This document shows, piece after piece, positions 43,460-52,925 of a stretch of DNA of 64,000 nucleotides. The stretch spans positions 1,344,001-1,408,000 of the forward strand of contig CAWHAE010000012.1 of NCBI GenBank assembly GCA_963827235.1. Direction: 5' to 3'. The notes beneath the pieces are model-generated. The model saw only the letters and a program-made list of their open reading frames with translations, was not told where the DNA came from and searched no databases. The position numbers and the translations under genes were made by a program. Numbering within the stretch: position 1 is the stretch's first letter; each line of letters starts with the position of its first letter. The DNA comes from an uncultured bacterium. GTDB taxonomy: Bacteria > Chloroflexota > UBA5177 > JANWHV01.

Positions 43460-43930
43460 TCACGAACCCTGCCCAAAGACCCAGCCATATTCGTGCAGGG
43501 CTTGCGGCCAGGTCTCCTCACCCTGCACGCGAATAACGAGATAGCCAATGTCCTCGAGTTTCCGCGTGATACCGGCATCTCGAGACTGTCGCTCGGGGAA
43601 CTCGTGGTAGGGACCGTCGACGTAGACGCAGGCCTGCCGGTCGGGCGCCGTGTAGGCGAAGTCGGGCCGCGTGCCGGCCTGCGCGATCAGCGGCTGCGCC
43701 TGATCGGGCAGGCGATGGTGGTGCTTGGCGAGATGGAGAAGCAAGCGCCGCTCGAGATCCGATTCGCACCGCGCCAGCAGCAGCTCGAGCTGCCCATCGC
43801 CGCATGGCGGTCTGCATCTCGTGGACCTGGCGCAGCCGTTCCTCCTCGTCCGAGGTGATGCGGTCGACCCGGCGTGTGGACACGTTGTCCAGCTCGAGCA
43901 GGTTGCCCAGGTAGCGACCGCCCGTGAGCA
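43460..43930 (-). pseudogene. Remnant of a DEAD/DEAH (DUF1998-type) helicase with C-terminal DUF559/Vsr-like nuclease
   Basis: NVSTRRVDRITSDEEERLRQ joined (internal deletion) to ESDLERR..RPDFAY..VYVDGPYH..RD..LEDIGYLVIR. Confidence 0.65.
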
Positions 43931-44083
43931 ACGGCAAACAGGGCGATCACGGCCCTGAACCGAAGCCACGGTCAAACCCGCAGGCTTTATCTCAAGTGCA
44001 CCGGCGGAATCACGGGGGTGGGCAAGATGCCCGCGGCCCAGGGCTGGGAGGCATATCGGCAGATGGCGGCGTGGCCTGACTCT

Positions 44084-44188
44084 AGCCCGGGCGCCGGCCC
44101 GATCATACAGCCGGACTCATGCGTGTGTCACCGTCGTCTGAAACGCGGTGCTCCCGGCCCGGCGCCATGGCAGCGAGCCGCTGGAACG
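44084..44188. repeat. Right copy of ~105-bp direct repeat, containing the CPT-like stop codon
   Basis: Matches 31895-31998. Confidence 0.9.
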
Positions 44189-44783
44189 CCTCCGCCGGCG
44201 GCCCATTCAGGAGGCGCAGCTGGATTGCCTCGGCGCACGCCCGTGGACTGAGCAGCGAGGTATCGACCTCCAGATCGTAGATACCCGGCACATGCACCGC
44301 CTCCTGCCACAGGCGAACGGGCCGCGGCACCGCGCCGTCCTCCGCCTCGGCACCCGGCCACGTCGCGCGCCGCCGATTCACGATCACCCCGAGCGGGCAT
44401 CGCACGCCGACGAACAGCACCGGCAGGCCCTCTAGCTGCCGGGCGCAGGCCGGGAGAATCCCGCGCGGCACAGAATAGGCGTCGTGGTGTCCCACGTCGA
44501 CCACGACGTTGAGACCGAGGCGGCTGTGGTGCGCGATGGACGCGTACATGGCGCGATACAGGAGCACGACGAGCGGCTCCAGATCGGGGCGCTCGCCTCC
44601 GGGTCGCAGTCCGATCCCCGGCTGATAGCGCGCGGGTGTCATCTGCATGAAGTGGTCGACGCCAAGGTTCATCCATACGCCGGAAGCGCTCTCCTGGACG
44701 GCGGCGGCGATGCTGGACTTCCCGGAGCGCGGTGCGCCGTTCACGATGACGATCTGCCCCGGGGAATCTGCCGGGTTCATCAC
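44103..44783 (-). CDS. Chloramphenicol phosphotransferase (CPT)-family P-loop kinase
   Basis: IVIVNGAPRSGKSS, LGVDHF, VLFVGVRCP, VHVPGIYDLEVDTS. Confidence 0.88.
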   Translation of the reverse strand: MMNPADSPGQIVIVNGAPRSGKSSIAAAVQESASGVWMNLGVDHFMQMTPARYQPGIGLRPGGERPDLEPLVVLLYRAMYASIAHHSRLGLNVVVDVGHHDAYSVPRGILPACARQLEGLPVLFVGVRCPLGVIVNRRRATWPGAEAEDGAVPRPVRLWQEAVHVPGIYDLEVDTSLLSPRACAEAIQLRLLNGPPAEAFQRLAAMAPGREHRVSDDGDTRMSPAV

Positions 44784-44805
44784 TTCCCGCCTTCGCGAGC
44801 TCCGG

Positions 44806-45357
44806 TTATGTCAAAAGCAGCGAATCGTCCGGCCGGGCCGCGTGTTCGCGATTCAGTCGCCAGACGGCGAGGTTCAGCGTTGCCGCAAAGCTCACCCAGA
44901 GCACGTAGGGGAGCAGCAGGATCGCTGCTCCACGAGACACGCGGTACATGGCCCGCACGGTGAGGAGTAGCACAAGCCACAGGCCGGTAATCTCGATGAA
45001 GGCAGAGCGCGGCGACTTGAGGCCGAAGAAGATCCAGGACCAGAGCGTATTGAGCAGAAGTTGCAGCTTGAACAGACGGACGGCGGTGGTTGCCCGTGCG
45101 TCAGAGCGCCGGGTGCGCCGTGTGAGAAACCAGGACACCGCCATCATGAGATAGAGCACGGTCCACACGGGGGCGAAGACCCAGCTGGGTGGCGTAAAGG
45201 CCGGCTTGCGGAGCGTGCTGTACCAGGTGTTGACGGAGCTGCCGGTGATGGCTGCCCCGGCAGCTCCCGCGCCCTCACACACGAGAATACAGGCGATGAG
45301 CGCGCGCACGTCCCGGGGCGTAAACCGGCTTGCGGGATCGCGGCTTTCGTTGTCCAT
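44806..45357 (-). CDS. tspO: TspO/MBR-family protein
   Basis: WYSTLRKPAFTPPSWVFAPVWTVLY, QLLLNTLWSWIFFG, LLPYVLWVSFA. Confidence 0.92.
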   Translation of the reverse strand: MDNESRDPASRFTPRDVRALIACILVCEGAGAAGAAITGSSVNTWYSTLRKPAFTPPSWVFAPVWTVLYLMMAVSWFLTRRTRRSDARATTAVRLFKLQLLLNTLWSWIFFGLKSPRSAFIEITGLWLVLLLTVRAMYRVSRGAAILLLPYVLWVSFAATLNLAVWRLNREHAARPDDSLLLT

Positions 45358-46116
45358 AGCACCCCGTGCGCGCTGGCGAGAAACGTCGCCTGAGCTCCGG
45401 ACCCTGTCGTGCGAACGACCAAGCGGCTCTACTGGCATTGTAGTGGCTGCAGGCTCACGCGTCCTCGTCACGTGTAGCCAAGTGCCTTCCGTGTGGACCG
45501 TGGGCGGCCCGTGTGATTACCGCTTCATCCGTGGAATAGAATGAGCACGACGCTGATTCTGCTGCCATGCTCAGCGTAGAATGGTGCACGGTTCAAGCGT
45601 AGAAAAAGTACGCTGATCGGGTCTCAAGCGTGGAGACGAGCGCGACCTAGCCGCTGACCTTCAATGGTACGCGAGCGGCGCGAGCCGAAGCCAGCCGCAT
45701 GGGCGGAATCGCGTCCAACAGCCACGAGAGCGTTTCACAGGCCGCTGGAGGGCGGCTCGGGACCGTGGGTCGCCAATACGCTAAGCTATAGCAAGGCTTG
45801 GATTACCATGAGGAGAGTGCGTCGGATGTGCGGTCTACGAGGACTTGGCAAGTGATCACCTTTCCCGTCTTCCATCGACTGGACATTGACAAGTACGCCT
45901 TGTTCCCTGGTGGCGACGGGCGGTCATCAGGGCTTCATGTCTACTTCATGTCTGGCATGACCCTGATTCTTGGATCCAATGGTTTGGGCAAGACAACGCT
46001 CATCACAATACTCTATCGCATGCTGACGGGCCCTTTCGACGTCCCGGCGCTCTCTGGTGGGGGTGCAGTGGGAACCAGCAGCCTGGAGCCCAGGCCCTTG
46101 TCTCCATCTGCTCGAA

Positions 46117-46690
46117 CCAAGACCAAGCCATTGCAGGGACGCTGCCTAGTGGTGATAAGCTACTGGGCTATACCATAGTCCAATATCCCGGTCATCCCCT
46201 CGCTGGCCGCAGCGTCCCCGTGGTACGGCGCTACGGTCGCCGCGAGCGAGGGCAGTGGGTGATCGAACTGCCGGATGGCAGCCGGCAATACCTTCCCGCC
46301 TCCTGGTGTTCGCCGCTCGTTGCGGCAGAAGGAGCGCTTCCTGTGCCCGCATCGTCCCCGGATGAATCGTCCGATGGTGGTGCCCGTCCGCTGCTGAGCG
46401 TGACCGCGCTGCGTGACCTGGCTGCCCTGGTGCGTCGCCTGCAGGAGGCGGCAGCCCCGCGTGGAGAGGAGCAGGGCGATGCAGGGGACGCAGGAGTGGC
46501 CGTGCCCGGAAGCGAACGAGCGGACGGGCGTGGTGAGCAGCGGGAGCGGGGTGGTGGCGTTGCCGAACTGGGAGAGCTTCCAGGAGGCGGACCGGCGCCA
46601 GCTGGTGCAGACCATCCTGCACGTGGCGCGTCGGCAGGTGGAGCAAGCGGGCCCGGCAGACCGACTCCGCGGAAAGTGAGGCAGCCGTGA
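46117..46690 (+). CDS. Body of a DUF5372 (Y4bD/Y4pK)-like gene; its RBS and ATG lie at 49347-49366
   Basis: Frame open from the element edge; TIVQYPGHPLAG, LPDGS...LPASW, LRDLAALV; stop overlaps the recombinase start (GTGA). Confidence 0.7.
46488..46679 (+). CDS. Small hypothetical ORF overlapping the DUF5372-like gene
   Basis: SD AGGAG before ATG; WESFQEADRRQLVQTILHVARRQV helix; ends just before the recombinase. Confidence 0.4.
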   Translation, partial: TQEWPCPEANERTGVVSSGSGVVALPNWESFQEADRRQLVQTILHVARRQVEQAGPADRLRGK

Positions 46691-48948
46691 GCGCGAACAC
46701 AGCGGCAGGCGCGGTGTGGGACCAGGTGGCGGCAGGTACGGCCGATCCCAAAGTCCGGGCCCAGCACCTGGGCCGCCAGGCGCTGATCTACGTGCGCCAA
46801 TCCAGTCCCAACCAGGTACAACGCCACCCCGAAAGCGCGCGCCGGCAATATGGGTTGGTCGAGCGAGCCGCCCAGTTGGGCTGGCCACGCGATCAGATTG
46901 TGGTCATCGATGAGGACCAGGGCAAGAGCGGCGCGGGCAGCGCCGCCAGCCAGGGTCGTGATGGCTTTGCCCGGCTGGCCGCTGCCGTCAGCCTGGGTGA
47001 GGTCGGCTTAGTGCTGGCGCTGGAGGTGGCCCGGCTGGCGCGCAATTCGGCGGAGTGGTATCGCTTGCTCGAACTCGCCGGCTACAGCGGCACCCTGATC
47101 GCCGACGAGGCGACCGTCTACGATCCTCGGCTCTTCAATGACCGCCTGCTCTTGGGCCTGCGGGGAACGATCAGCGAGGTGGAACTGCATTGCATCCAGG
47201 AGCGCCTCCACGGCGCCCGCATGAGCAAGGCACAGCGCGGAGACTTACCGATCCGCCTGCCTGCTGGCTACCTGGCGGACCACGCCGGCCGCGTCGAACT
47301 CGATCCCGACCAGGAAGTGCAAGGGGCGATACGGACGATCTTCGCCCAATTTGAGGGGCTGGGCACCGTCACCGCCGTGCTGCACTTCTTCACCGCGCAC
47401 GGGCTGCTGGTGCCCCGGCGCCGCTGGCACGCCGAGAGCGGGTCGCAGATCGTGTGGATGCGGCCCAGCTACCAGGCATTGCACACGGTGCTCACCAATC
47501 CCGTCTATGCCGGGGCCTACGTCTACGGGCAGCGCGGACCGGCCGCGGATTTGGGGGCGCCAAAGCGGCGCCACCGGTATGCCGCGGAGGAAGCGGCGGT
47601 GCTGCTGCGCGACCACCACCCCGCGTATATTAGCTGGGAACGCTTTCTCGCCACGCGGGCAACCCTGCAGGACAATGCCAGCCAGTTCCCCGCGAGCAGA
47701 GGCGCACCGCGGCGCGGGCATGGTCTCTTGCAAGGCCTCGTGGTCTGCGGCCGGTGTGGCTGCCGCATGCGGCTGCAGTACGGCGACACCAGCACTGCGT
47801 ACGTCTGCATCACGCGGCATCAACGCTACGGGGAGCCGCTCTGCCAGAGCCTGACCATGGACCACGTCGACCGCGCCGTCAGCGAGGCGTTCCTAGCGGT
47901 CATCGCGCCGGCACAGGTCGCGGCGGCCCTGGCGCTGGCGGAAGACGTGGAGCGCGACCGGGCTGCTGCCCAGCGCCAATGGGAGTTGCGGCTGGAGCGG
48001 GCTCGCTACGAGGCCGAACGGGCCTTCCGGCAGTACGACCTCTGCGAGCCGGAGAACCGGCTGGTGGCGCGGGAGCTGGAAGGGCGCTGGAATGGCACGC
48101 TGCGCGAGGTGAGTGCGCTCGAGGCACAGTACCGGCAGGAGCAGGACCGCAGCCTGGCGCCGCTCACCCCCGCAGAACAGACCGCGATCTGGCAGCTCGT
48201 GGGCGACATGCGTGCCCTCTGGGCGGCAACGCAGACGACCATGGAGGATCGCAAGCGCCTGCTGCGCTGTCTCATCCGCGAGGTGGTGCTTCTGCGCGAC
48301 GACCGGCCCAGAGCGACGGGTGGCCTGACGACCATCCGCATTGGCTGGTGCAGCGGCGCCTGGAGCACCCTGCAGGTGCACCGGCCCGGCAGTGGCGATG
48401 CCGCCAACACGCCGGAGGCCGTCCTGAGCCGGATTCGGGGGCTGGCGCAGGACCATGCCGACGATCAAGTCGCCCGGATCCTGAATGCGGAAGGTCTGCA
48501 AACGCGGCAAGGTCTGCCCTGGACCTACCTGCGGGTGCAGCAGGTCCGCCTGCGCCACCGCATCCCGACCGCCTGTCCGATCGTACCGCGCGACGGCGGC
48601 CCTCGCGGCGATGGTCTGGTGCCGGCGGGTACCGTCGCCGCCCAACTGGGCGTGGCGCGATCGGTGGTGGCGGAGTGGTGCCGGTGCGGCTTTCTGCGCG
48701 CCGAGCAGAAGGCGAGACTGGATCCCCGCTGGATCCAGCTCACCGCGGAGGACCGGGCGCGTCTGGACGGGACGCTGGCCGCGCAGGGCTACGGCCAGTG
48801 GCGGATCCGTGACGCCCAGCAGGTGCTCGGGCTGAACGCCGAGGCGCTGTACGCGCAGGTGCGAGCAGGCCAGCTGGTGGCCTATCGCGCGCACGTCGGG
48901 GCGCACTGGGAGTGGCGGGTCGGTCCGGCCACGCCGCCTGAACCGTAA
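46687..48948 (+). CDS. Large serine recombinase (resolvase + recombinase + Zn ribbon + coiled coil + C-terminal HTH-like extension)
   Basis: ALIYVRQSS, EDQGKSG, ARLARN, LLLGLRGTISEVE, LTNPVYAG, LQGLVVCGRCG, PENRLVARELEGRW. Confidence 0.95.
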   Translation: MSANTAAGAVWDQVAAGTADPKVRAQHLGRQALIYVRQSSPNQVQRHPESARRQYGLVERAAQLGWPRDQIVVIDEDQGKSGAGSAASQGRDGFARLAAAVSLGEVGLVLALEVARLARNSAEWYRLLELAGYSGTLIADEATVYDPRLFNDRLLLGLRGTISEVELHCIQERLHGARMSKAQRGDLPIRLPAGYLADHAGRVELDPDQEVQGAIRTIFAQFEGLGTVTAVLHFFTAHGLLVPRRRWHAESGSQIVWMRPSYQALHTVLTNPVYAGAYVYGQRGPAADLGAPKRRHRYAAEEAAVLLRDHHPAYISWERFLATRATLQDNASQFPASRGAPRRGHGLLQGLVVCGRCGCRMRLQYGDTSTAYVCITRHQRYGEPLCQSLTMDHVDRAVSEAFLAVIAPAQVAAALALAEDVERDRAAAQRQWELRLERARYEAERAFRQYDLCEPENRLVARELEGRWNGTLREVSALEAQYRQEQDRSLAPLTPAEQTAIWQLVGDMRALWAATQTTMEDRKRLLRCLIREVVLLRDDRPRATGGLTTIRIGWCSGAWSTLQVHRPGSGDAANTPEAVLSRIRGLAQDHADDQVARILNAEGLQTRQGLPWTYLRVQQVRLRHRIPTACPIVPRDGGPRGDGLVPAGTVAAQLGVARSVVAEWCRCGFLRAEQKARLDPRWIQLTAEDRARLDGTLAAQGYGQWRIRDAQQVLGLNAEALYAQVRAGQLVAYRAHVGAHWEWRVGPATPPEP

Positions 48949-48971
48949 CGTGACGCATCAGGGAGACCGCC

Positions 48972-49295
48972 ATGCCCCAGCCACGCCGCTATCAGGACAA
49001 CGCCGCCAAGCAACGCGCCTACCGCACGCGCCAGGAACAGGCCCGGCGCGAGGAGCAACAGGCCAAGGGACTGCCGCCCGCCCCGCCGTTGCCGACCCTG
49101 CCCAGCCGCGAACGCTGGCAGGCGCTCCTCACCCAGGCGCGGCTGGCCCTAGAAACCGCGCGCGACGAAATGCACGCATATTACGACGACCGGTCCGACG
49201 CCTGGCAGCAGGGCGAGCGTGCGGCGACACTCGCCGAGGAGATCGAGCAGCTGGACGTGATCCTGGAGGAACTTGAGGCAGTGCTATTGCCTTAA
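48972..49295 (+). CDS. Small basic/coiled-coil accessory protein of the recombinase element
   Basis: SD GGGAG; YQDNAAKQRAYRTR basic motif followed by helical acidic C-terminus. Confidence 0.7.
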   Translation: MPQPRRYQDNAAKQRAYRTRQEQARREEQQAKGLPPAPPLPTLPSRERWQALLTQARLALETARDEMHAYYDDRSDAWQQGERAATLAEEIEQLDVILEELEAVLLP

Positions 49296-49315
49296 ACGCC
49301 CAACGCAGCGGCTGA

Positions 49316-49339
49316 CGTGCCCGCTGATAGGCGGGCACG
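49316..49339. other. GC hairpin just upstream of the orphan RBS at the element right end
   Basis: cgtgcccgc-tgatag-gcgggcacg; no U-tract. Confidence 0.6.
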
Positions 49340-51148
49340 CCTCATCAAAGGAGATGCATTCGAATGGGCTCACTGAAGGTTCTTTGCACAGCGTGTGATG
49401 GACAACGCATACAACGCAACCGCAAAGTTGCACTTCAGCCTCGGTGACCACCGGATCGTTGTTGAGCGACGCCTGCGCGATATGGCTCTAGCCTACTTCG
49501 CAGTCGATGGGCGAGAATGTACAGCGCAGGAAGATGATTACCAGCAGGAAGTCGTGCGTCTGGTCGATGTGTGGTCGTTCGGCGATTGGATTTTGCTGCT
49601 TCGCAGCCTAGTGTTCTACTTCGAGGATCGCCGCGCGCTGGTTTGGGATAAATCCGCACAGCGCCAGGTGCTCCGCACGCTCTTGCTACCTGCAGCCACG
49701 TCTCGCAAGTGGGCAGAGGACGAGCGCTCGGTGCTCGAACTGGATAGTCGTGTTCGAAACTTGAGTGCAGCGTTCTTTCGAGAAGAACAAGACGTGGCCA
49801 GAGAAGAGGGCAAGACGGCTGCTGGCGCAGCCGTCATCGCCGAGTTGAAGACGTTGGAGCCGCTCCAGCAAGCAGATGAAGCGAAGCTTGAGGAGTTCAA
49901 TTCGAGGCTTGTCAGCCTTGATGCCGATCGACACCAAGGTCGCCTACGCGTTCTCAAGGCCGAACAAGAACGTGAGAGCCAATACCGCGAGATTGAGCAC
50001 GCCAGACTGACAGCACTCGATGCGAGTTTCCCTAGCAAGTCGGACACGGCTAGGTACATCCTCGCCCAACTCCTATCTGATTAGCACTGTCTGGTTTGTG
50101 GTCACCACGTCCCAGCGGTGGCAGATCTCCTAGAGGAGCGCATCTCAGAGGAGCGTTGCGTGGTTTGTGGCTCTGACTTGTCACAAGAGGAGGCGGACCG
50201 GCCCACCTCGGCAAGCAAAGTCGCGGATCGCCGCGTGAAAGTTGTGACCGGCGGGTTGGCCCCGATTGAGGCCGAGGTAGCCGGCGCTCGTGAACAACTC
50301 GCGGCAGCGGAACAGCACTATGACGGGTGCCTGCGTGAAGTTAGGCGCCTGAACGATTCGGTCATCGCGAGGTCAGCGCGGATGGACGAGTTGATCAAGC
50401 AGCTGCCTCCCGGGGAGGCTCAGCTACATAGGGCCCGACAGGGCCTCGCGCTCCTCCGGGGCCGGCTCGACGAACTCCGCGCGGATCTCGTGCGGCAGCG
50501 TCACGAATTCGAGGCGTTCGTAGCTGACGAGCAGAGAGGGATGGCAGTAAGCTCCGAGCGCATACCGGCCGCGTTCGCTGACTACGCGAAGGAGTTCTTG
50601 TTCGAAGACTCAGAACTCACCTGGTCGCCTCAGCGCGCACAAGTGGGCCAGACGGGCAATGCCGTGGTATATCCGGCCTTTGAGCTTGAGATGACTGGCG
50701 CATCCTTCCCGACGCCTATTCGACGCAGCGGACCAGACGAGGTCTCTGAGAGTCAACGCGAGTTCATCGATCTAGCCTTCCGCATGGCGCTCATTGACGT
50801 CATCGGCGCCGACAGAGTGGGAAGCATAGTCATTGATGCACCGGAAACCTCGCTCGATGCTCTGTTCGTGTCCCGAGCTGCTGGCGTACTGGCCCGATTC
50901 GCGGAACCGGCTCGCGGCAATCGGCTGATTATCACGTCGAACCTGATCGAAGGCCAGTTGATTCCAACACTCCTGAGGCTAGCCTCGACGCCTGATGATC
51001 GCTCGAAACGGCTGGTGAACCTGTTTAAGCTTGCCGCGCCGACGGCAGCGGTCCGCGCATTCGGGGACAGATACGATTCTATTCTGCAGGCTATGCTCGC
51101 GCAGGTTGACAGTGGAGGAGAAGCCCTCAACTCGGCGGAGCCTGTACA

Positions 51149-51844
51149 ATGACCGGTCAAGAGCTGCCCCCCCGTTCGAGCGGAACGCCAACTCAAGCTG
51201 CCGAGTGGTTTGCCACCACACGCCGGCGGGTACGTCTGGTCGTGCTTCTGGATGCCGCTGAGGAGGCCGGTCTCGTACCGATAGACATCACCCGCCTCCA
51301 CACACTCGCGTATTTGTCGAACGTGCTGGCGCCAGTGTGGGATATTTCGGTGCTCGACGGTAAGGTCCTGAAACATCGCGGGGCTCCTTTTTATCCTGCG
51401 TTGCAACACGATCTGGACCGGCTAGTAGGCATGGGCGTTGTGATCATAAGTGGGCTCGGGCACAGCGTTGATGCCGATGGTCGGTGGCGTTTGGAGGGAG
51501 CATATCGCCTTAACCGCGTGTTCGCGGAGCCCGTACTACGGCATCTCGCCGCCTACGATGACGAAAGCCGTCTTGTCGCGTTCGTGCGTGAGCTTGCGTA
51601 TGCCCTGTCGGCACTGGGCGATGACGAGATCACGATTGCTACTCGCGAAGATGCCACATACGCAGATCCACGGGTCAGCGCTGGCAACGTGATCGACTTT
51701 GACGAGTGGCAAAAGGAAAACTATAGCGCGGACGCGGCGCGGTGCGTCGGCCACTTGGTGCCTACCAAGTTCGGCGTTACTCCCGGAGAAAAGTTGCACC
51801 TGTATGTTCGCCATCTGCAGCGGAGGATACAGGGTGGAAGGTAA
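51149..51844 (+). CDS. Hypothetical wHTH-like protein (ABC three-component middle-component-like)
   Basis: ATGA overlap with ATPase stop; RLHTLAYLSN..., GAPFYPALQHDLDRLVGMGVV. Confidence 0.7.
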   Translation: MTGQELPPRSSGTPTQAAEWFATTRRRVRLVVLLDAAEEAGLVPIDITRLHTLAYLSNVLAPVWDISVLDGKVLKHRGAPFYPALQHDLDRLVGMGVVIISGLGHSVDADGRWRLEGAYRLNRVFAEPVLRHLAAYDDESRLVAFVRELAYALSALGDDEITIATREDATYADPRVSAGNVIDFDEWQKENYSADAARCVGHLVPTKFGVTPGEKLHLYVRHLQRRIQGGR

Positions 51845-52925
51845 CGCCATTTCAAGCTCGCTGGGTCCGTGGAGCACCTCTGAACTCGAGGAGACTGTGC
51901 GCGCGAACGCGAGGATTGGTGTTGACCAGGGACTCGCGGACGATGTAAGGTTCAAGTCCGGCGTAGCCAAACTGCTGCGCCGGCGAGCGGCAGGGACCCC
52001 TCGTGATGATCCACTGGAGCCCGCGATCTTCCTCCTCCGTGGGACACCGCCGGACGCTGCCTTGGCTGCCGGCGCGAAGCGGGAGCCCCTGCTGGACAAC
52101 GGGCGAAGCCCCCTCAATGGTCGTGCTTGGTTTGTGAATCCCGCCACCGTCTCTGGTCACTACCTTCCGTGCGCGGCCGCGGATGACGATGAGATGTTTC
52201 GCTGGATCGTAGAGTCGCTTGGCCTTGGCAGCACGCAGGCGATCATATTCGATCCAAGAGCGGTCGTGCTTGAGCTGCGCTATTACCCTCACGGTCTCGG
52301 GTGTCCCGATGACTGCGAGTTGGTACCGCTAGGTGACGCGGAGATGACTATCGACCGCATCGTCGCAGCAATTGAGCCTATCTACAGGAAGAACTTGATC
52401 ACCTCGGAAGCTCAATCCGAGATGGGCAAGCTGTGGGAGAACAGCGACAAAGCTTGGCCGACATCCAAGGCCGAGAAGATCGTTCAACTCTACATTAGGG
52501 CCGGACTAACGTCACGATTTCCAACGTGTGATATCAGAGAAGAGCAACCTGGGCCAGAGGGCCGCTACGACATCGGGATCGAACGTGAGGATCCACTTGA
52601 GCCAGGTAGAATAACAGTCTTCGCGATCTTGGAACTTAAGGTGCTTCGGAGCTGCAGCCAGAGTGGAAACGTGGCGGGATACTCAGCGAACGATGTACTG
52701 GACTGGGTTAGGTCCGGTGTACAACAAGCAGCGGCCTACCGTGAAGGAAGACACGCAAAGTATGGCGCGCTTTGCTGTTTTGATATGCAGCAGAATCCCA
52801 GCGGCGAGGTGTGCTTTGACCATGTTCGGCGTCTAGCAGCCGACTTGGCGGTTGTGCTCAAGTGTTGGATCTTGTATCCCACGTCCGCAGCCTGGCGATC
52901 GGCAACCTATCAAGCGCAAGGATAG
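51834..52925 (+). CDS. Protein with C-terminal PD-(D/E)xK nuclease-like domain
   Basis: SD GGAGG; EEQ..EGRYDIGI...ILELKVL...GVQQA. Confidence 0.65.
   Translation: MEGNAISSSLGPWSTSELEETVRANARIGVDQGLADDVRFKSGVAKLLRRRAAGTPRDDPLEPAIFLLRGTPPDAALAAGAKREPLLDNGRSPLNGRAWFVNPATVSGHYLPCAAADDDEMFRWIVESLGLGSTQAIIFDPRAVVLELRYYPHGLGCPDDCELVPLGDAEMTIDRIVAAIEPIYRKNLITSEAQSEMGKLWENSDKAWPTSKAEKIVQLYIRAGLTSRFPTCDIREEQPGPEGRYDIGIEREDPLEPGRITVFAILELKVLRSCSQSGNVAGYSANDVLDWVRSGVQQAAAYREGRHAKYGALCCFDMQQNPSGEVCFDHVRRLAADLAVVLKCWILYPTSAAWRSATYQAQG

Larger units (their letters stand above)
31895..44188. mobile_element. ~12.2-kb decaying genomic island inserted in the 3' end of a CPT-like gene
   Basis: Flanking direct repeats; internal tyrosine recombinase, TA pairs and defence-gene remnants. 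Confidence 0.7.
46114..49377 (+). mobile_element. 3261-bp large-serine-recombinase integrative element flanked by a GAA core
   Basis: GAA at 46114-46116 and 49375-49377; removing 46117-49377 gives in-frame SARRFFAQRV; visibly higher GC than the host gene. Confidence 0.85.
45852..51152 (+). pseudogene. Rad50/SMC-like ABC ATPase, interrupted by the 46117-49377 element and by a TAG at 50082
   Basis: Walker A GSNGLGKT in 45852-46116; frame resumes at 49378; coiled coils, CLVC and CVVC, signature VSESQR, Walker B IVIDAPE. Confidence 0.85.

Noticed and set aside
50082-50084. In-frame TAG in the ATPase as possible pyrrolysine or programmed readthrough
   Set aside because: No pyl genes or other amber-containing genes in the window; a nonsense mutation in an already interrupted gene, or a base error, is simpler
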